A stretch of 63,325 nucleotides of DNA, filler included, from Folioceros fuciformis (taxonomy: Eukaryota), in NCBI GenBank assembly GCA_049999805.1. It is 14 parts of 14 records of this genome, joined end to end, with 100 filler letters (N's around TTAATTAATTAA, not from the genome) between each part and the next. Parts side by side here need not be neighbours in the genome. Positions count along the whole stretch, not along the records: positions 19,233 to 24,580 come from JBNGIO010001953.1; positions 24,681 to 25,892 come from JBNGIO010001954.1; positions 25,993 to 30,164 come from JBNGIO010001955.1; positions 30,265 to 39,156 come from JBNGIO010001956.1; 10 more parts are not named here. The stretch is one strand, 5' to 3'. How positions within the stretch are numbered: position 1 is the stretch's first letter; each line of letters opens with the position of its first letter. The notes below the pieces were generated by a model that did no database searches, was not told the DNA's origin, and saw only the letters and a program-made list of their open reading frames with translations. Both the position numbers and the translations under genes were made by a program. Below are positions 24,562 to 37,797 of the stretch, in pieces.

Positions 24562-24905
24562 CTGTATACCAACGACACCGNNNNNNNNNNNNNNNNNNNN
24601 NNNNNNNNNNNNNNNNNNNNNNNNTTAATTAATTAANNNNNNNNNNNNNNNNNNNNNNNNNNNNNNNNNNNNNNNNNNNNACAAATCGCAGACGCCGGGA
24701 GCGAGTGTGTGGGCGCCGTATTGACCCCGGCTGAGGAAGTCAGGATCTCGATCAGACGTAGGAGGACATTCCTGTTATGAGCGACAGAGGCCCAAGTTGT
24801 GGACATACGATTCGGAAGAAGTTGTGAGGGTAACCTGTAGAATCTACATTTCATTTCGACCAATTTCAAACTAGCTTTTTGGTTGATTTGGATCGATTTT
24901 GAAGC

Positions 24906-25892
24906 ATGACGTCCTCAGAAAACGTCATGTTCAATATCGAGAAGTTAGATGGTACTAACTTCCCGTTCTGGAAAGAACAAGTGTATAATGTTCTAGTACA
25001 GAAGAAGCAGATCAAGCCCATCAAGCTGCTAGGAGTGAAACCTGTTAGCATGACTCAGGATGAGTGGCAGGATCTAGATGAGCTTGCTAGGTCTACCATC
25101 ATGCTAACAGTGTCGAAGTCGGTCTACTTCAACGTGAAAGACAAGACCACAAGTTTCGAGCTATGGCAGAAGCTGTGTGACTTGTATGAGAAGCAAAGTG
25201 CGGCTTCTCAGGTGTATTGGTTGAAACACCTGGTGGACTTGAAGATGAAGGAAGGGACGAGGATGTCTGATCATCTGAATGAGTTCAATACCATTTTCAG
25301 CCAGCTCTCATCTCAAGGTATCTTGTTCCCAGATTCCGTGAGAGCTATGTTTCTGTTGGTCACATTACCAGAGAGCTGGGACACCTTCCGTACGGCTCTG
25401 AGTAATTCCGCTCCTGCCAGTGGTCTTACCGTTGTAAATGTAGAAGGTAGCCTGTTAACAGAGGAGGTGAACAGGAAGAATATGGAACCTTCGAAAGGTT
25501 CTCATGCCCTCATGGTGAGAGGAAGGTCCACTTCAAAGGGGAAGTTCAAGGAGCGAAGTTCTTCCCGTAGCAAATCTCGTAGTCGTAACAATGTTGAGTG
25601 TTACCATTGTCACAAGAAGGGTCACATCAGAAGGGACTGTGAGAAGTTCAAGAAGAAAAAAGGCAAGGAGAAGAAGCAGAGCGACAACAAGGCAGATTCG
25701 AGTATCGAGCGTGATGAGGTGAACTCTTTTGACGATGAAGATGTTCTTATCTCTTCTTCTTTTGGTTCTGCACAACTGACAGCCATGGAGAGTCACTTAT
25801 TCTCTAATTGGATAATTGACTCTGGAGCATCTTTCCATGTTACTCCGCATAGGGAGTGGTTTAGCACTTATGATGCTACTAGGAAAGGATGT
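24906..25892 (+). mobile_element. Ty1/Copia (Tnt1-like) gag-protease, open ORF truncated by gap
   Basis: IEKLDGTNFPFWK, LLVTLPESWD, zinc knuckle CYHCHKKGHIRRDC, protease WIIDSGASFHVT. Confidence 0.92.
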
Positions 25893-26251
25893 NNNNNNNN
25901 NNNNNNNNNNNNNNNNNNNNNNNNNNNNNNNNNNNNTTAATTAATTAANNNNNNNNNNNNNNNNNNNNNNNNNNNNNNNNNNNNNNNNNNNNACTTTGTA
26001 CAAGGACGGGACGGTCGGGTGCGCCCACACATATATACCTATACATTATTTTACTATTTTCGTAATCCTCGTTATGTATTTTCTTTACACCGAGTTTTGG
26101 GGAGATCCGCGGTAATAAAACCACAAACCTTTTCTACCACACCAAGCCTCTTCCTCTCCTTCCAGGCACGTGTTCGGCCCACCACGCTCCATGGAAAAAA
26201 ACTATTGTTGTTTGATATATTTTTATGCAGAGTAATGATTCTGTTCATCTT

Positions 26252-26332
26252 GTTGACATGGCCGAGTTGGTCTAAGGCGCCAGATTAAGGTTCTGGTCCG
26301 CAAGGGCATGGGTTCGAATCCCATTGTCAACA
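26252..26332 (+). tRNA. tRNA-Leu(AAG)
   Basis: GTTGACA/TGTCAAC acceptor stem, A-box TGGCCGAGTTGG, anticodon arm CCAGA-TTAAGGT-TCTGG, long variable arm, B-box GGTTCGAATCC. Confidence 0.95.
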
Positions 26333-26647
26333 TGGCGTTATTGCTTGCTGATAAGTTAATCGCGCGCAGCTTTCTGCATTTGTTTCCCCGTCCAGGGCCC
26401 GAGCACTCGGTACGGTCCAAGACGATCTATCTGGTGCAGAGCCGAACATCCACGACATTTTATGTGGTGCAGGTCCGAGCATTCGGTCCAAAACTAGGAC
26501 CCGGAAATGGGACAGAGGTAGAATAGACTAAAATGGCATTTGTCGTTGGGGCCACACGAGTGTGACCCCAACGAAAGCTGGCATTCTATTACAGTGCAGA
26601 GCACGAAAATGGGCAAGGGCAGTTCACACACTGAGCGGGGGCTCTCA

Positions 26648-29058
26648 TCAGGCCAGATTGTACAAACTCTTGGTGAGACCGCAGCCCAGGATGCTGTTAG
26701 GGAGAGGAGGGATCTGATCCACTCCTTCAGCAAAGATAACTCCCATGCCCATGTAGAAGTGGGACTCCACATGGCAATGAAAGGGCCACACTCCAGGATT
26801 GTCAGCCACAAACCGAATGGCAAGCCAGCCCCAGGGGAACGACGACGCTGTGTTCCTGGTGAGCGGGTTCTGCAGGTTGTAGTTGAGCTCATCCTTGGCG
26901 GGATCATACCGCCCCTTCCCATACCCTAGAATCCAAAAATCATGCCCATGCAAGTGCCAAGGGTGGATGTCGGAGCTGTTGGGGAACTGCACGTTGGTGT
27001 TTTGGATCACCACGTCCACCACATCCCCAAGCCGGAAGGTGTATATACCGTTCCCATACTCCGCATTCTGATAGGGCGGGGGACTGAAGACATCATAGTC
27101 TGCCAGACCAGGGTACACATCCGGAGGAGGGCTGGCGTCGAAGGCGTTCTTGATCTTATACTTGAGGGCAGGCAAAATCGGGGTCTTGGGGTAGGTGAAG
27201 GACACGTTGTTGATGGCCCACTTGAATTTCCCCCCGACGAAGTACTGCGAGGTGAGCAGCACCAGCTTCCTGTCTGCCTGCTGGGGAACGGGCCTTACGT
27301 ACCCCGCCCTGGCCACCTGCTTCTGAGCCTGCTCCAGGCTGTAGTCGTAGTCATCCCAACGCGGGCTTGATGGAGGCGGCGTCGTCGGAGGAGTTGCATC
27401 CTTGGGCAGGTACTGCAGCACCGCCAGCCCCGTCGGGGTGTTAGGTGGCCTGCCCCGGATGTTCACTCCCGCCCAGTAATTCCTGCTCGGATCCTGGTTC
27501 GCCGTGAAGAGCACGGAATAGGTCTGGCCGGAGTACAAGTCTAGATTGCTCAGCTCCACCGGCTCAACATACCCCCCGTCGGCCTCCACGAGCGTCAGAT
27601 TGTGCCCCTGCAACAAGACGAAAGGGGATTTCGGCATCCACTCTTGCGAAAAGTGTAAAACACAGTGATTTTGCATCAAGATTTTGAAAAAGGCAGAGAA
27701 GTGCGGACCTCCAACACGAAGTTGAGTGCCTGGAGAGACGAGGCGCTGCCGATGCGGAGGCGGTAGGTGCCTCCCGGCTTCACGGGGCCGATCACCAGGG
27801 GCGAGCACTGCGGGTTCGTAGAGTTGCAGGAGAGCGCGTCCCCCGACCCGGCCACGGCGCCCGACGGGATCAGAGAGCAGTTGTATCGTCCCCGTCCTCC
27901 GATCAACAGCGACTGGGCGTCCCCCACCCAGCGGAACGGAATGGTATCCAGCCCCAGCTCCTGGTCATAAGTAGTGCGGTGGAACCAGTCGCTGAGCACC
28001 ACGTCGAAATCGCCATCGTACTGGAACGGCTCCTGCACACCTTCCGGTGGGAGCACCACTATCGAGCCGTACAGCCCCGCTGATCGCTGCAGCCCGAAGT
28101 GGCCGTGGTACAAGAACGTGCCTTCCTGCGCACAACAACATCACACACCAATGGAGTCTGAGACAATCAATTTTCCATCTTGTTTCACGCCGTACGCGTG
28201 ACCTGACTTATTCGTATCCATTACACAATCAGTTCGCCTCGAGTGCACCGCATCAAACTTCTTGCACTCATTCAATCAATCCTGTGGCAGAAACATCCAA
28301 CTTCTTCCACACATTACATCGAATCAACCTGTGACATCCCAGCACACATCCAAAACGCATTCCGTCCATGCGTGGCAAGCACATCAACCTTGTCACAGCC
28401 TCCCTTCACTCAATCCAATTTGTGAGAACTACATCAGGCTTGTTGCAAGCATTCAGTCAATGGCAAAGCACATCGAACTTGCTACCCGCATTCAACGTTA
28501 ACAAAGTGGCAACAAACAGATCAAACTCCGCTCCCAGATGTACCTGAGGCACCACGAATTTGTAGGTGAAGGTCTCTCCCGGATTGATGGGACATTGTGA
28601 CACATACACGGCTCCATCGGACCAAGGAGTTCCTTTCTGCATTCGCACGAATCCAGGTCGGGTTAGCTCACTATAGACCGCACTCTCGAGACTTCCCACC
28701 ACGACGGAAGGCACCGAATTCGAGGGTCGAATGCGAGCTGTGCAAAATGCAGGAGGAGACGAGATTGCGAGCCTTAGGGTGGCACCTGCTGGATTCCGTG
28801 CCAGTGGATGGCCAGACCTTCGGTGGTCAAGGCGTTCTCAAGCTCCACCAACACCGTGTCACCGGCGCGCGCGCGGATGGTAGGGCCGGGGAACTGCCCG
28901 TTGATGCCGATAACCACGGCCTCCACGCAATCGGGGGACCAGTACAGGTACTCCGCCTTCCACTTATAGTGATGCGTGCGCGAGGCCTGAGCCTGCAGCG
29001 GCAGCACCAGCAGGAGCGGCAGCACGCTCAGCAGACGGTGCAGTGCCAAGCGCGCCAT
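26648..29058 (-). CDS. L-ascorbate oxidase (multicopper oxidase); exons 29058-28786, 28636-28544, 28125-27709, 27607-26648
   Basis: Signal peptide; YWSPDC; all four copper motifs [32 protein letters not shown] introns join in frame. Confidence 0.93.
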
Positions 29059-29100
29059 GGCGGCAGCTCCCGCTCCCCGGCCGAGCGGGCCGCACACGAG

Positions 29101-29180
29101 CCGCGAATCAAAAGTCGCGAACAAAAAATCGCGAATCGAAGATCGCGGATTTGAAAATCGCGAATCGTAAGTCGCGAAGT
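29101..29180. repeat. Array of about 6 TCGCGA(ATC)-like units just upstream of the ascorbate oxidase ATG
   Basis: cgcgaatc aaaagtcgcgaac aaaaaatcgcgaatc gaagatcgcggatt tgaaaatcgcgaatc gtaagtcgcgaag. Confidence 0.75.
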
Positions 29181-30264
29181 GTGATATCAGCCCGTTAGAT
29201 GTACCGAACTGGAAGAGACGCCTGCGAGCAAAGTAGCTCACACATTTGGTGCCAGCATCGTGCCAGGCCCGATGAGCAGCAAAATCTGCGCTGTCTGTCT
29301 CCGCTCGTCCTTCACCACTGCGAGTGCGAGCAGAAAAACGAATCAAGCGGGTCGTGACAATATCCGCTGTCCAAGCTGTAGCGAGCGCTGTTCTCTCATG
29401 TGGTTTGCTGCCGACGCCGGTGGGATGTTCTTTATGCTCAACGGGGAAGTGCGAGTGAAGGCCGAGCAAATTAAGGCGGTCGTTGAAGAAGTGGGTGGCG
29501 TGGTCGACTGCGGCTACTAGAGTCGGGTTCCGGGAAGCAAAGCTGAAACTCGGGCGGACGTCCTAGGCAGGACCGGGAATGGTCCTGGTAACTGAGCCGC
29601 TCACCAGCTCATTGCCAAATCCCATATTCCAGAAGTTTCTCCGCTGGCACGTTTAACGTGGGACCTACAAGCCATTTGCGAAGTCGCGGAGGGATGCCCT
29701 GAAGGCCAGGCCGCTCACAAATCCGCAACTCACACGATGCCCTGGAGAGCTGTCCAATATTCCGTCACCAGCTGGTCATCACAGCATGCAGTCGTGAATT
29801 TCTGACGTCATTCTTCTGTCGTGTTCCCGGCAGGCTTCCTGAAAGCCTTTGACGTGACAGATGTCGGCGTCGTGGAAGAAAGTAGACACAAATTCTTGCG
29901 GGAACGAGATAGCGTGGTTTTCACGAGGAAACGTCGAGGCAGTCTGTGAAGAACTTCCGCCAGTAACCAAATGACGTCGTCTGCTGAGGTTTCGGCACGT
30001 ACGGTTCTGAACACAAAGACGGGGGGGTGTAAGAGGGCTTCAAAGCCCGTGCCCTTTATATGGCAGGAGCAACAATTCTGCTAGTTATGACAAAGGAAAC
30101 ACCAGCCCGGAACAATGCAGGGTGGTGTATCACCAATCTAATGTACAGAGACTGGGCAAGGGGCNNNNNNNNNNNNNNNNNNNNNNNNNNNNNNNNNNNN
30201 NNNNNNNNTTAATTAATTAANNNNNNNNNNNNNNNNNNNNNNNNNNNNNNNNNNNNNNNNNNNN

Positions 30265-30685
30265 AGTTCTCACGTGTGTTGTATGTGTGGAGAGTATTGC
30301 TTGTGAGTGTGAGGGAGTGTGGTTGATTCGCGGAGTCTTGTTTTCCAAAGATTGGCATTTGTATGTGTGTAGAGCATCCAATAAGACCAGACCTGTGAGT
30401 CTTAAAGTTCTTAGGACAGAAACTCGTGGTGGAAACCCGCGGCGGTACCTACACGCCGGGGAAATATTAGTTAGGGTTTTGGGTGGGACCCACCACTATC
30501 GTGGGAACCACTACCAGTCGCGGAACAATGATTGCGGTTGTAGAGTAGGATCCGGGATAGGTCGCGAAGCAATGACCGTGGTTGTAGAGTAGGATCTAGG
30601 ATAGCTGGCTAACTAGGAGTAATAATAGTAGAGCTAGTAGGTAGTAGAAATAGTAGTGGAGACTTACGTAAGAGTCATAGTGACA
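30265..30685 (+). mobile_element. LTR remnant ending in ...GTGACA
   Basis: Internal direct repeat ggttgtagagtaggatcYRggatag x2, LTR-like composition, CA end. Confidence 0.35.
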
Positions 30686-31239
30686 TTAGTCCCCGTTACT
30701 TGGCATAAATCATTTCCTTACTGAGTAAATAATACTATTACAACTACAACGACATAGAAGATGAATGTGGACATCACGGTGACTCCGTACACAACATTTC
30801 ACTCCACATGCCCTGCCCTGCCCGGATTGTCTAACTTCCTCTTGGGACGCTATGGAAACGTAGAAACCAACGATTCGCAACGTGTGCCCGCAAAACCTGT
30901 GATGCCAGCAAGCCGCGTTGGCAGGGCAGGCTGGATGCCTTGCTCGCACTCTCGTACCGACTCTTTCGACCTGTCCCGGCCTGAGAAACTGTACATGTGT
31001 GGGGAAGAGGGAGCTGGTTCTGGGTGGCCGGGTGCATGCTCTGGCAGCTGCAGTGCAGTAGGGTTAAAGACGGATACTTACTTTCCTGTACAATGTCATG
31101 TGGATTGCCAACCGGATGTTCGCTTGTCAGGGCGTGTTGTAGCCGGTAGCCTTGTATGGTCCGATGCGGAGAAGGTCGGGCGTGGATCCGGAGCTGGAGC
31201 CGGAGCCGGATGGGTATGTGTGTGTAGCAAGCAGCCTTA

Positions 31240-31680
31240 AGTTAGCTTACCTGCAGGGATTCCATTCCGAAGCAGACTTGAGAACTGGTGTGGGGTGGCA
31301 GGTGAAACGCACGGCATTGTTCATGTCAAGGCGAGTGGGCTTCATTCAGCCTGACTTGTTTATTGTGAATGACCTGGTGGACGTACGGTACGCAAAGTGT
31401 GGCAGCTTGCCAATGGATGATATCGATGCTTAGTCTTGATCAACACGAGTTTTTGATGGGCTTGGTAGGAAAGTCTGATGCGTCGTTGCACCTATACTCG
31501 GCATGGCTGCACCTACTTCTCTGACGTTTGTCACCTTCCTGCTCGACAGTGTTCCAGCTGGCGTATGCGTAGCTACCCTCCAAGTATGTCAGTACAGTTC
31601 CAAGGGTGTGGCGCTCTTTTGGCTTGACGCTCGAGGAAGCTATTGAGGAATCTGGCTATATGTTCGACACACAGTCGGTC
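31240..31680 (+). pseudogene. Degenerate PLS-class PPR gene fragment
   Basis: GFIQPDLFIVNDLVDVRYAKCGSL...RVFDGL resembles the consensus GFESDLFVGNTLVDMYAKCGSL..ARRVFDGM; many stops and indels. Confidence 0.5.
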
Positions 31681-31996
31681 TGGTTCGAATTTTCTGCAAT
31701 GAACTGAATTCTCAAATGAACGCAGGCTAAGAGTAAACGGCACACCAAGGACGCATAAATGACTGTATCTCAGTTAGTCTAGTCGATATTCTGATTCATT
31801 TACGTATTTCTCGCGTAACAAGTCAGTCCGGTACATGTTTCGATTGAAGTAAAATGTCAACGACTGTGTGGAAGTCATAAGCACTGTACGACAGTTCTGG
31901 AAAGCACCTAGTAGGATGATAAAATTCCCTACAAGGGAATAAGGATCCCAGTATCCTAAACTCTGCGAATATCCGTCAATCTGCTTATGCTCATGG

Positions 31997-34420
31997 TCAC
32001 ATCTTGGGTGTCGGCACGCGCTGTCTCACCCGCTGGACCAGCTCTCTGCGTAGTATCTTTCCTGAAGGCAGCTTCGGAATGCTGTCGATGAACTCCACTT
32101 TTCGAATTTTCTTGTACCCAACTACCTGCCATAAAAAGTTCGCGGATTTCATTGCGTGAATTTCCCGATGAAAACAGGTAATGGCTTGTTCCACGGAAGA
32201 GTAAACGGAAGCCCACAGCATTTGAATACATCTACTCTGGACGAAGATGGAAAACGCTTGCACATATCCTGCCTCTACATACGCGTAAATCACCTTGTCT
32301 GCGATGTACTGTTTCACATCCTCTTCGGTAATCGTGGCCCCCGCCATACGCACAACGAAGGCCATGGGTATCTCTCCAGTGTTATCGTCAGGGTAACTGC
32401 ATACATAGACCAGCAGCATAACTAAGCTTCAGATTTCATAGTGTTGCAAAAGTTGAAGGCTAGGAATATGGAAGGAAATTTAGGGTCCTGAGGCTGCTAA
32501 CGGTATCACAGCTGCATCTTGAATTTCAGGATGACTGAGTAGTAGTCCTTCAAGTTCTGCAGGTGGAACCTGCAATGGCCATATACAAATCCAGAATTTT
32601 TGCGGGCGTCAAATGTGTTTGCAAGAGTGTCTCAGCTGGTGTACTGAGTAGCACAATATGTCGGATGGTGTAGTAACCTTTCCGTGGGTTCATTTACCAT
32701 ATATGTGTGAAGAATGTGTATGTATTGTCAGAAGCTATACCTGAAATCCATTGTACTTGATGACCTCTTTGATGCGATCGACGATGTATAGAAACCCATC
32801 CTCGTTGAAGAAACCCACATCGCCCGAGTGAAGCCACCCGTCTTCGTCAATAGACTCAAGAGTTGCTTTCGGGTTACCCTTATAACCTGCAAAAAGTGAG
32901 GTTAGTGTGAATCTGTACTCTAGACAGCTATTCTAAGGTGATCGCCTGCGTGTGCATGTAACGATTTAAGTTGGTGTCCTCCCTACCTTTCATGTTTCCA
33001 GGACTTCGAAACCAAAGCTCTCCTGGTTTGTTCGGGCCAAGAAATGCTCCCGTTTGCGGATCGACGACTCTCGCTTCACTGTTGGAGAGCAGAAGCCCTA
33101 CAGATCCGAAGTACTCTGGCCTGTAACCAATGGCAGGGAAGGTTGCTCCCATGCCGGAAGTCTCGGTCATACCGTAACCCTGCCACACGTTTAAATAAAG
33201 GAGTCTGGAAGATTCGGCCATGCACAGAGAGGAAGTCAAATATTATTGAAATCTAGCACCATTCCTGAATTGATCAGATCTGGATGATCATCAAGTTAAG
33301 CTCTGACTCCATATACCTGCAGGATTTTGGCCCCTGGGAAACGGGCAGCGCATCGTTCGATAGTCTCCCGGCTCAATGGTGCAGCACCGCAGCTGATAAT
33401 AGTCACGGAAGACAAGTCATACTTGCGCAGCTCCTCTTCACTTAAGTTCAGGATGTCGAGCAGGATAGGAGGCACAAGAGGCAAATGCGTGACACGGAAC
33501 TGCTCCACAGCTTTCAGAAGACCATGCAGAGAGTACTTGGGCATCACTACTACAGTAGCCCCCCTCACAAGGTTTGCAAGTGTGAGCACGACGAGGCTAT
33601 ACACGTGAAACTGAGGAGTCGCGCACACGTAGACATCATCATCCTTGGTTCCACTAACGGGATTACCGTTGAAGATAGTCGTAAATGCTACAAGGTTCTT
33701 ATGCGTGAGGACTGTCGCCTTGCTCACCCCCGTGGTGCCAGACGACAGCAACATCAGAGCTTCCCAGTTCTGCGGAATCTTATATACACAGCGGTCCAAA
33801 GCAAATATATCGCCGAACATGTCAGCCAGCGTCCAATCAAACTCCCCTCTCTTCCATCCCGGATCCGCCTTCCCGATAACAAATGCCGGCATCTTTTTGG
33901 AGTCCCAGAAGGAAGTCTTCGTCTCAGCTCGCATCCTGTCAATCACAGCCGGCGTGGTGAACACCGCACCAAACCTTAGATGATCCCCGAAGATCCTTTC
34001 CAGCTCGTCGGCTGTGTATGCAGGATTAGCAGGGAGCACAACTGCACCCGCGCGCAGACACGCCAGCATCGCCACAATCATCTCCAACGAGTTAGGAGCG
34101 AGAACTAGTGCATGATCGCCATACGTCGGCCCCGCGAACGGCAGCAGCGCCATGGCCCTATTCACCTTCACCTCCAGCTCTCGGAATGTGAGCCCCTCCC
34201 CGGTTGCGGCATCCATCAAGGCGACCTTCTCCCAGCGTCCGTGCTTCCCCGTCTCCTCGAAAATGTGGTCCACAATCCCCTGCGCCGATGTCCCGTCCGG
34301 CAACGTGATGGCAGGGAGCTTGCTGGAATATATCCCGGTAGCTTCGTTGTACCCGCTCCCCTCCGCCACCACTCCACCCGATCCCGATCCCGATCCCGCG
34401 TGCACATCCTCTACCGCCAT
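31997..34420 (-). CDS. 4-coumarate:CoA ligase-like acyl-activating enzyme, probably peroxisomal; exons 34420-33317, 33179-32987, 32886-32741, 32569-32502, 32396-32294, 32125-31997
   Basis: AMP-binding [64 protein letters not shown]-terminus -PKM. Confidence 0.92.
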
Positions 34421-35357
34421 AGCTCGCGCGTTCCACCAGGCTCCCGCCGCGATCTGGCCACTGGACGCGAATTATTGAATCGGAGTCACATGTTGCACTC
34501 GTCCATGGCCTAGTCACTCCCCCTGTCCAGTCGAACAGGACCGCGGCTTTTATGCCCCAGGCACCACCGTACCTGCAAAGCCCTAGCGAGGTGCGGGAAC
34601 GCAGCCAAGGAGTTGCTCTGGGCGGCGCCCAGCGGGACGCCCTCGAGGGTGGTTAATAACCAACTGGTCACGGGAGCTCAAGCGCGAAAGGACCTACCTG
34701 TCTCCCACATAACGCTCGTGGGGAGGTCGCCTACGGGCGGGTTCCGTTCATGGAACACCAAGGCCATTCCCAGCCGTGAGGTTCTTGGCGTCGGGTGACT
34801 TAACCGGAGTTAACTCGAGGTTGGACTGCAGTTAGACCGGAATCGTGCCGGGCGACTTGCTTCCATCATGACCTTTTCGCTTATCGGGAGATCAAGCTTG
34901 GGAAAGATGGGCGAAAGAAAGAAAGAAAGAAATGAAGTTATATGAAGGTCCACGCGGGTGCACGTAGGTTAATGGGCACACTTGGCTCGTGGCGGGCTCA
35001 CGCGCCAAGCTCCAGGTCTATCGCTTTCCAGTTTCTGTTTTGTTGGTGAAGCGAATCGTGGGCAGCGCTTGCCCTGTCGCTCCTTCGCGTTGTTGGCCAG
35101 CGTTTGTGTGGCATTTGCCGGAGGCCGGAGGCCGGAGGCGATCGGCCTCATAGCGAGCTGAATTTCAAGAGCACTGTTTGATCTGGGTCGGCAGGCGGCA
35201 CTGGTGTGCATTCAGCTCGATCAGGGCTGCAGCTGAGGTTTGGTCTCGAGCTGGAGGTACCGTGAATTCATGAACGCGAGTGTCGGTGTGAGTGACGGAA
35301 CGTGTTTGACTCCAGCTGTGTGATGATGGATTTGTGGAATTCCTGGTAGGTATTTCG

Positions 35358-35864
35358 ATGGCAAGACACTTCGCAAGTTCGAAAATGGCGATGGTGACGG
35401 CGGCAATGCTTGTGCTGCTTTGTGCGAATTCATGGAGTGCGGAGACCGACGGGAACGGCGCTGGGAGTGTTGCATTGAATGAAAAGCGGGAAAGGATCAG
35501 CTCTGTCCCGAGAAGTGGCGTCTGGGAGCCGCAGGCGAGAACTGCTGGAGTTATGTTGAGCGCTACGAGCGCTTCTTATGGAGGGGGAGGATACATGTCG
35601 GGGCGACCCCGCGGCGGCTGCGTCATCCAGCCTTCTGCCTGTTTGAACAGAAAAATTCCGAACAATGCGTGCTGCGGGTCGTCTTGTTACGACCTGGACA
35701 CGAACCCCGAGCACTGCGGCAAATGCTATCACACCTGTGAGGTCGGCCGTATCTGCTGCTCCGGGAAGTGCAAGAATGTGAATCGGGACAAGCATAACTG
35801 CGGTGGATGCAAGAAGAAATGCGCATATGGAGAGTCGTGCGTCTTCGGGCTGTGCGGTTACTAG
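35358..35864 (+). CDS. STIG1-family secreted cysteine-rich protein
   Basis: Signal peptide, then CCGSSCYDLDTNPEHCGKCYHTC..GRICCSGKC....DKHNCGGCKKKC..GESCVFGLCGY. Confidence 0.9.
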   Translation: MARHFASSKMAMVTAAMLVLLCANSWSAETDGNGAGSVALNEKRERISSVPRSGVWEPQARTAGVMLSATSASYGGGGYMSGRPRGGCVIQPSACLNRKIPNNACCGSSCYDLDTNPEHCGKCYHTCEVGRICCSGKCKNVNRDKHNCGGCKKKCAYGESCVFGLCGY

Positions 35865-36932
35865 GCAAGGCAGCAGCCCGCAGAATTGAGCTCTCCTTCA
35901 GTCCAAGTCCTTGCGTGTCTGCATCTGGCAGCCTCTTTGGCGGCAGGTGCACTACACGCTGCAGTCCTTCATTCACAGTTTGTGTGGTGACAGTGTCCAC
36001 AGCTTGAAGAATGGTAGGCGGAGGTCGTTCCTCGCCAACGGAGGCTGCTCATCTGTTGAAACTGTCCGTGGTTGATCCCCATAAAGTGCATGATATGCTC
36101 ATACTTCCATTTCGGGACCCGAATGGAAGTAAGAACCCATGACAAATTTTCGCGTGGTTCTTACTGGTAGTTTTCTCATGGGGACAAGAAAGTCTCGCGC
36201 AGATGTGGTGCTGGACATTGCCTGTGTTCTCAAGCCCGGCTGTCAGTTGTTTCCTACATAGTAAGAATTCACAAGTGGGGGACGACAGAATGAGGCTATC
36301 TTTTTGCGGATCAATGCACTAGGCACATGCATCGAATGAGATGCAGTGCTAGCGCTCTAGTTCAACATCAAATTGTACCATTCAAACCTAAGCTTTATTT
36401 TTGTGATTGTTGCATGCTGGCTTCGTCCTGCTCCTGGATGCTTGCTTGATCGTGGCAATTCCAACGTCCACGCCCGTTCTTTCAGAAGCTCATTGTGATT
36501 GTCACCTTACTAAACAGCACATTACAGTACAAGCCCTTTCTTGCCTTGCCCGTTACACGAGCCGTGATCATATCTCGCCGTGTGAAGTATGTTAGGTTGT
36601 ATGTAATATTACTGTTTTATGGCGGTTCGCGCGATGACAGGACAGGTACATCCTATTCCGTCTGGGGGGACAAGCTACATGGCCTACATGCTGGGTCTAC
36701 GATTTCGTCAGGTATTATGTGTTCTTTCTTGCATGTGCAACCTTTGAGCGGACTACTTTAGGGCTTTTCGATGCCAGGGACATCCACAGGGTTGAGTTCT
36801 GCCTGCAAGACGGGGATGGCAGCAGTGGTGATTCTTCTGGTTCCTTCTGATCCACAGCAGCGCGAGGCGGATTTGGGTGCCGGCAGCGATTTAGGAAGGA
36901 CTGTTGAAAGGGGGGTTTGACGTGGTTGAGAG

Positions 36933-37797
36933 ATGGGCTCCCCATTGCAGTTGGAACCGCTGCTTATGCTGCTCCAATCTCCTTCCAAGGATGTGGTAGC
37001 CCAGATTGTGGATGAAGCTTACGGAAGCAGGAACGCAGTGGTTCGGGAGGATTTGCCCGCTTCTCTCATCTCGATACTCCAGAACCAGCTCGGCATCACT
37101 GATGAGGGTGAGCAGGATCTGGTGAGCTTCTCCATCCCTTGCCTGTCTTCACGTCAACTTGTAGATATGTCATTCACGTGCTTGAAGCCTAACTCTTGTT
37201 CTTACAAGCAGCTGCTGCAAACCTTGATTGTCTTCATGCGCAAATGCGTGTACGAGTCTCTGACGCTGGACGGCATTCAAGCTCTCTTTCCGAACGATTT
37301 CCACCCTCAACTCCGGCGCCTTCTGGTGCAGATCATAGTGAAGCAGCAACAGGCCTGGCGAGAGCAGGCCATCAAGTCACAGGTGCACTCTCCGTCCCAC
37401 CTCTGGCTGCATCAATTCAGTATCCGCTTTACTTGGTAGGCTCTGATGACGAACCCTAACCTTGACTCCCACAGATCAGCTTACCTCGACTTGAATCTCT
37501 GTCCTGGCAAGTCTTTCCGCTCGGGGAACCATCAGCTCCTCCAAGGGCCACGGTCCACCTCAAGGTACGCATCTTCTAGTCATACTGTAGAACTTCTCCT
37601 TCGTCCATCCCTCGTCCCTGCTTCCTGAGCACCGCTTCACTCACTTTCCGTCATCCTCTTAGGTCAGGGACGACAGCATGAACCGAATGGACACCACCAC
37701 ACGGCACCAGTTCCAGGTCACCCGACCCTCGTTGACAACGATGCTGGACTCCCTTCACAAAATACGTGACCAGCTTGACAGCATCTCCAGCCAGTGA
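36933..37797 (+). CDS. COMMD9: COMM domain-containing protein 9; exons 36933-37121, 37212-37382, 37475-37564, 37663-37797
   Basis: LLQSPSKDVV, LFPNDFHPQLRRLL, SQ|ISLPRLESLSWQV, LTTMLDSLHKIRDQLDSI; GT-AG introns join in frame. Confidence 0.85.

Noticed and set aside
36102-36131. Short hairpin tacttccatttcggg-a-cccgaatggaagta after STIG1
   Set aside because: Short, bulged and not followed by a CTRR end, so it cannot support a Helitron or RNA-gene call
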